Shown here: positions 59,567 to 64,000 of the stretch, in pieces | Numbering within the stretch: position 1 is the stretch's first letter | Layout of the letters: each line of letters opens with the position of its first letter | Source: Candidatus Hydrogenedentota bacterium | GTDB taxonomy: Bacteria; Hydrogenedentota; Hydrogenedentia; Hydrogenedentales; SLHB01 | DNA: 64,000 bases | Assembly (NCBI GenBank): GCA_963745075.1 | Contig: CAVUWV010000001.1 | Location: forward strand, 192,001 to 256,000 | Direction of reading: 5' to 3' | Translations under genes and position numbers: made by a program | The notes under the pieces: generated by a model | Seen by the model: only the letters and a program-made list of their open reading frames with translations | Database searches by the model: none | What the model was told of the DNA's origin: nothing

Positions 59567-60478
59567 ATGTCGAAGCATCCGATCCGATACAAGCAAAACC
59601 GGCTCCAACAACTCCGCGGGTTCTACTATGCGGCCCGCGAGAAGAGCATCTCCCGGGCGGCGGAACGCATGTCGCTCAGCCAGCCCTCCGTGTCCCTCCA
59701 GATTCAGGCGCTGGAACGGGAACTGCACGCCAAGCTCTTCGAACGGCGGGGACCGCGAATCGACCTGACCCCCGACGGGCAGATCCTGCTCAAGCTCGCG
59801 CAGCCCCTGGTCGAGGGGATCGACGCGTTGGAAGACGACTTCGCGGCCCGGCGGGATCAGGTGGACCGCGGCCGGGTCGATCTGGCTGCCGGCGGGTCCA
59901 CGATTCTGTATGTGTTGCCCCGTTTCGTGGAAGCGTTCGTGAAGGCCTATCCGGGAATCGAATTGAAAATCCACAACGTCACCGGCAAAGCGGGGCTGGC
60001 CCTGCTTCGCGAAGGGGAAGTCGATTTCGCGGTGGGCCCCCTGCTGGACACGCCCGACGACGTGGTGTTTTACCCCATCCTTTCGTATGAACCCGTGCTC
60101 ATCACACCGAAGAAACATCCGCTGGCCGCCAAGGACCGGGTCTCGCTAAAAGACATTTCCAAGTACCCGCTCATCCTACCGCCGCGTCAGTTGAGCACGT
60201 GGCGCATGGTCGAGGGCGTGTTTACCCAGCACGGACTCAGCTACGAAGTGAAACTCGAAGTCGGGGGCTGGGAAGTCATCAAAACCTACGTCGAACTCGG
60301 ACTCGGCATCTCCATCGTCATGAGCATCTGCATCACGGGCGACGAGAATCTTGCCGTCAAACCCGTGGGCAAGTTCTTCCCAAAGCGGACGTACGGGGTT
60401 GTGCTGCGGAAGGGCAAGGTACTCTCGGCCCAGGCCAAACGCTTCATCGAAATCATGGACCCGGCGATTTCACTTTAA
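59567..60478 (+). CDS. LysR-family transcriptional regulator, divergent from the aminotransferase
   Basis: HTH SISRAAERMSLSQPSVSLQIQALERELHAKLFER; effector domain IKTYVELGLGISI. Confidence 0.95.
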   Translation: MSKHPIRYKQNRLQQLRGFYYAAREKSISRAAERMSLSQPSVSLQIQALERELHAKLFERRGPRIDLTPDGQILLKLAQPLVEGIDALEDDFAARRDQVDRGRVDLAAGGSTILYVLPRFVEAFVKAYPGIELKIHNVTGKAGLALLREGEVDFAVGPLLDTPDDVVFYPILSYEPVLITPKKHPLAAKDRVSLKDISKYPLILPPRQLSTWRMVEGVFTQHGLSYEVKLEVGGWEVIKTYVELGLGISIVMSICITGDENLAVKPVGKFFPKRTYGVVLRKGKVLSAQAKRFIEIMDPAISL

Positions 60479-60596
60479 GAGGTTCGGGGCGTTCTCTCCC
60501 AATTCCTTACTGCTTTCCGCAATTCTCGCCCAGGTTAGGGTTTCGGAGGCGGTGAGATACGCGGTTGAGTACAGCTGAGCCAATCAATTCAAATAG

Positions 60597-60626
60597 TTGA
60601 CAGGACTCTTTACGCCGTTTCATAAT
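60597..60626 (+). promoter_or_regulatory. Putative sigma70 promoter
   Basis: TTGACA-18-CATAAT with an AT-rich upstream tract (aatcaattcaaatag). Confidence 0.6.
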
Positions 60627-60839
60627 GTTTTGAACCCAAGTGGGGGGTCACACGAAGTCCACATGGGTCTAACTGAGAGTCTGGGATGTGGAGTGTCTGC
60701 AGCGCGGTGACAAGCAGAGTTTCGCCCATAATAGCCCGGCCGGAATCGACCGTGGCAACGGGTGATTCAATGGGTGTCGGCTGACGTCACAGCGGAGTGG
60801 ATAGCACCACAGAACTTAGGCGTTGTGGCGAGACCCCCC

Positions 60840-63800
60840 ATGCTTCTTGCAACCCGTCAGACGTGTATCTGTGGCCGGTCGTTCAACGTACCCGGTGAAC
60901 TTTCGCGAACGACCGTCATCTGCCCGACGTGTACCCGCCCGTTATTTGTGCCGGAAAACGAACCCGCCCCGACTAAACCGTTAAGCACGAATCCCTTCGA
61001 TGCTATCTACAAGCCGGAGGGAGTTATCCTCGTCGATTGGCACGTTGGGGACGTGTATCTGGACATCTATGAAGTGCGCGCGCTCATCGGCGAGGGCGGC
61101 ATGGGGAAGGTTTTCCGGGTCTATCACCGCCTGTGGGATCTCGAGATCGCGGTCAAGTGCCCGAGCCCCAAACTTCTTGCCCGTCTGGGCGGAATTGACT
61201 ACTTCGAGCAGGAATGTAACACCTGGGTGAACCTCGGTCTGCACCCGCATCTGGCTACCTGCTACTACGTGCGACGCGTCGGGGGAGTGCCGCGCATTTT
61301 TGCCGAATACGTCGAGAGCGGCGATGTGCTGGATTGGATAAATAGCGGCCGCCTGTATTCCGGCGGGCGTGATGAGACCCTGAGTCGAATGCTTTGCGTG
61401 TCACTGCAGTGTGCCTGGGCGTTGAGCTACGCCCATGACCGGGGGATCATCCATCGCGACATTAAACCTTCCAATATCTTGCTCACCGCCGAAGGCGTCG
61501 CCAAGGTAACGGATTTCGGTTTGGCAAAATCGCTCCAGTCCGCTGTTCGGGGAAACCGGCAGGAGACTTCCGCACGGTTCTCGGGGCATACCCCGGCGTA
61601 TTGCGCCCCGGAACAATTCCGCGGGGGCGAGACATCCGTACGTAGTGACTTATGGAGTTGGGCCGTGACGGTGCTCCATATGTTTACTGGCCGAATCGTA
61701 TGGCCCAGCGGCCCCGAGGCATCACAAGTGCTGTCTGGTAAGAAGGCACTGCTCGAAGGGCACGATTCAGTCCCCGCATTGCCTGAGCCGGTCCGGGAGT
61801 TGTTGCACAGTTGTCTACAGAACAACCCCGACCATCGTCCCGAGTCTATGTCCTGGGTGACCGATTCTTTGGAAGGTATCCATGAATCAATTCTGGGTGA
61901 GCCGTGCCCCTGTGCCCGACCGACGCAGGCCATTCCCCGGGCCGAGAACCTTAACAACGGAGCCGTTTCCCTCCAAGATTTGGGCGATTCGGAACAGGCG
62001 GAGTTCAGATGGCAAGAGGCGTTGGACCTGTCGCCAAACCACCCGGAATCAACATTCAACCTGGCCCTGCAGCGCTGGCGAACCGGACGGATTACCGATG
62101 AAGACGTGCTCCATCTGATTCGGAACTCCAGTGAACACGCTGCCATTCGTAGCGAGATGCTTGCAGAAATCCACCTCGAACGCGGCGACTGCGAATCCGC
62201 ACTCACCCTGCTCGAGGCAGACCGCCCCGAGTCCCCGCTGCTTACGGTTGCTAATGATTGTCTTGCGTCTTCCCGCCGCGCCTGCGTCTGTCTGCAACCC
62301 CACGTTGATGCAATTAACGGATTGCGGGTCAGCGACTCCGAGAAGCTGATCGCTTCCGTTAGTACCGATAACACGATTCGGCTTTCCACACTTCAAACTG
62401 GTGAGGAACTTCGGACGCTTGCCGGACATTCGAGCGCCATCGACCAACTCTGGGTCAGTAACGATTTTGGAACTATCGTCACCGGGGCCCTCGACCGGAC
62501 CGTTCGACTCTGGGATGGTTGCACCGGCAACTGTCTTTGGGTCGGACGTACAGACTGGGAGCGAGTCCGCGCCGTGGCGCTGGGTAACGAGGGTGCCTCG
62601 ATCCTCGTCGCTGCAGACGAGAACCGGGTATACAGCTTTGATATCCGCAGCGGCCAACTCAATCGCGTGGTGCACGGCCCCAACGGTTGGGTAGTTCTTA
62701 TTCTTCTTTCGACGGACGGACGGCGCGCAGTCTCTGCCCAAGATCACGGGTGCCTGCACGTTTGGAACACGGACAACGGACATGTGGAGTTTTCACGGCA
62801 TCTGCCTTCGACCGCGATCACTTGCCTCGCGATGGACCACCGGGGGCGGTGGGTGGCGGCGGGTGGGGCAGAGGGCCACGTATATTGCTGGTCCCTCGGC
62901 ACGGATGAGACGCCTCTAGTTTTCGCGGGCCACAAGGGGGTGGTCAATGCGGTCGCATTCTCAGAGGACTGTTCTCGCATCGTATCGGCGGGCGAAGACG
63001 GTACCTGCCGGCTATGGGAAGTCAGCAATGGACGTTGCCTTTCCACGTTGATCGGTGACGGTACCCCCGTTCGCGCAGTTGCGATTGCCCAGGACGGCGA
63101 GATGGCCGTGTCGGGCGACAGGTCCGGAGGCATGACGATTTGGGAAATCCATGCCGACGTCGTCTACCGGTCTGCCTCATTGCGGCTTTCCCGAAGCGTG
63201 AGCATGGAAGCCAGCGCAAGTCAAGAGAGCGTTTTCAGGGAATCGGTCAGCTACACGTCCGCACTGCTTAGTTCGGGCGACATTCCCGCGGCAATAGACG
63301 AGTTGGTGCGTTTACGAGGTGACGGCGATGCGGGTTCCCGGAGGGAGGCCTTGGCGTTGTGGACGCGCCTTTACCATGTGTGCCACAAGAAGCGAGTGCG
63401 GGGCCATTGGCGGATAGCCACGCTCCGGGGTCACGACGGACCGGTCAGGCGGATCGCATGGAGTTCGGACAACGAAAGCCTCTTCGGGGTCGATGACGCA
63501 GGTTTCCTGCGCCGTTGGAACGTCGCGACAGGCGCGAGCGATTACCATATCCAAGCCCACACGGGTCCGGCGCTTGACCTGAGCCTGTGCGAAGCGAACG
63601 GCCGGATTGTCACGGGCGGACATGACCGAATGATCCGGTCCTGGGATAGTGAAACCGGCGAATCTGTCCGTACGTTAGAAGGGCACGCAGCGCCGGTAAC
63701 GTCCGCCCAGATTAGCCCCTGTGGAACGCGTGTGCTTTCGTCGGCGTGGGCCGTGCGTCTTTGGGACTTGGCTTCCGGCCGCTTACTTGGGTCACTGGAG

Positions 63801-64000
63801 AACTCGAAAATCGACGCTCGTACGGTGCGTTGGTTGCCCGATGGCCACTCTTTCCTTACTGGTGGTGGCGAAAAGGTACAGGTCTGGTGCGCGAATACGA
63901 TGGAAAGTGACGAAGTCTTCGACCTGCGCCCGCATATGGCGGAAAACGTCGAGGTCGCACCTGACGGCCAATTCGTTGTGATTGGTAGCAACCGACTCGC
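60840..64000 (+). CDS. Ser/Thr protein kinase with N-terminal Zn-ribbon, TPR and WD40 repeats (3' end outside the window)
   Basis: Not in the ORF track because it has no stop. Manual translation: CICG...CPTC, IGEGGMGKVF, AVK, LGLHPH, HRDIKPSN, DFGLAK, TPAYCAPE, DLWSWA, TPR-like LNNGAVSLQDLG, and WD40 units (GHKGVVNAVAFS...EDGTCRLWE; GHDRMIRSWD). The frame is consistent at positions checked (61101, 63423). Confidence 0.92.
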   Translation, partial: MLLATRQTCICGRSFNVPGELSRTTVICPTCTRPLFVPENEPAPTKPLSTNPFDAIYKPEGVILVDWHVGDVYLDIYEVRALIGEGGMGKVFRVYHRLWDLEIAVKCPSPKLLARLGGIDYFEQECNTWVNLGLHPHLATCYYVRRVGGVPRIFAEYVESGDVLDWINSGRLYSGGRDETLSRMLCVSLQCAWALSYAHDRGIIHRDIKPSNILLTAEGVAKVTDFGLAKSLQSAVRGNRQETSARFSGHTPAYCAPEQFRGGETSVRSDLWSWAVTVLHMFTGRIVWPSGPEASQVLSGKKALLEGHDSVPALPEPVRELLHSCLQNNPDHRPESMSWVTDSLEGIHESILGEPCPCARPTQAIPRAENLNNGAVSLQDLGDSEQAEFRWQEALDLSPNHPESTFNLALQRWRTGRITDEDVLHLIRNSSEHAAIRSEMLAEIHLERGDCESALTLLEADRPESPLLTVANDCLASSRRACVCLQPHVDAINGLRVSDSEKLIASVSTDNTIRLSTLQTGEELRTLAGHSSAIDQLWVSNDFGTIVTGALDRTVRLWDGCTGNCLWVGRTDWERVRAVALGNEGASILVAADENRVYSFDIRSGQLNRVVHGPNGWVVLILLSTDGRRAVSAQDHGCLHVWNTDNGHVEFSRHLPSTAITCLAMDHRGRWVAAGGAEGHVYCWSLGTDETPLVFAGHKGVVNAVAFSEDCSRIVSAGEDGTCRLWEVSNGRCLSTLIGDGTPVRAVAIAQDGEMAVSGDRSGGMTIWEIHADVVYRSASLRLSRSVSMEASASQESVFRESVSYTSALLSSGDIPAAIDELVRLRGDGDAGSRREALALWTRLYHVCHKKRVRGHWRIATLRGHDGPVRRIAWSSDNESLFGVDDAGFLRRWNVATGASDYHIQAHTGPALDLSLCEANGRIVTGGHDRMIRSWDSETGESVRTLEGHAAPVTSAQISPCGTRVLSSAWAVRLWDLASGRLLGSLENSKIDARTVRWLPDGHSFLTGGGEKVQVWCANTMESDEVFDLRPHMAENVEVAPDGQFVVIGSNRL

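Noticed and set aside
60641..60840. RNase P, tmRNA or tRNA identity for the leader (gaagtcc, acagaac, 3' cca)
   Set aside because: Too short for RNase P or tmRNA, the P4 strands do not pair, and there is no T-arm or 7-bp acceptor stem.

Overview
GC-rich chromosomal segment from a diderm bacterium (bamD-lptE-holA present). The gene mix suggests a PVC- or Hydrogenedentes-like lineage, which is inference only. About 3-34 kb is a glycan/sugar catabolism region: heparinase II/III-like lyase, GH2, a clan GH-A hydrolase, DUF4838-like proteins, DUF1080, SGNH and alpha/beta esterases, tandem ceramidase-like amidohydrolases, SSS/RhaT/EamA transporters, a DegT aminotransferase with a Gfo/Idh/MocA partner, a fucose/arabinose-type isomerase and a tandem pair of small Cys/His V4R-like proteins. 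From 35-47.5 kb lies xpb, then addB-addA-peptidase-oxidoreductase-glgX. From 47.8-52.7 kb lies an expanded six-gene nfeD/floA membrane-microdomain operon containing an apparent FloA-NfeD chimeric gene, the most novel-looking item. The rest is PP2C, holA, lptE, bamD, an MFS transporter, a class V aminotransferase with a divergent LysR, and a Ser/Thr kinase-TPR-WD40 gene that runs off the end behind a possibly structured 200-nt leader. Two families of REP-like palindromes occur between genes. Seven genes carry frameshifts, all a single extra base, most likely sequencing error. I saw no tRNA, rRNA, CRISPR array, transposase or integrase.
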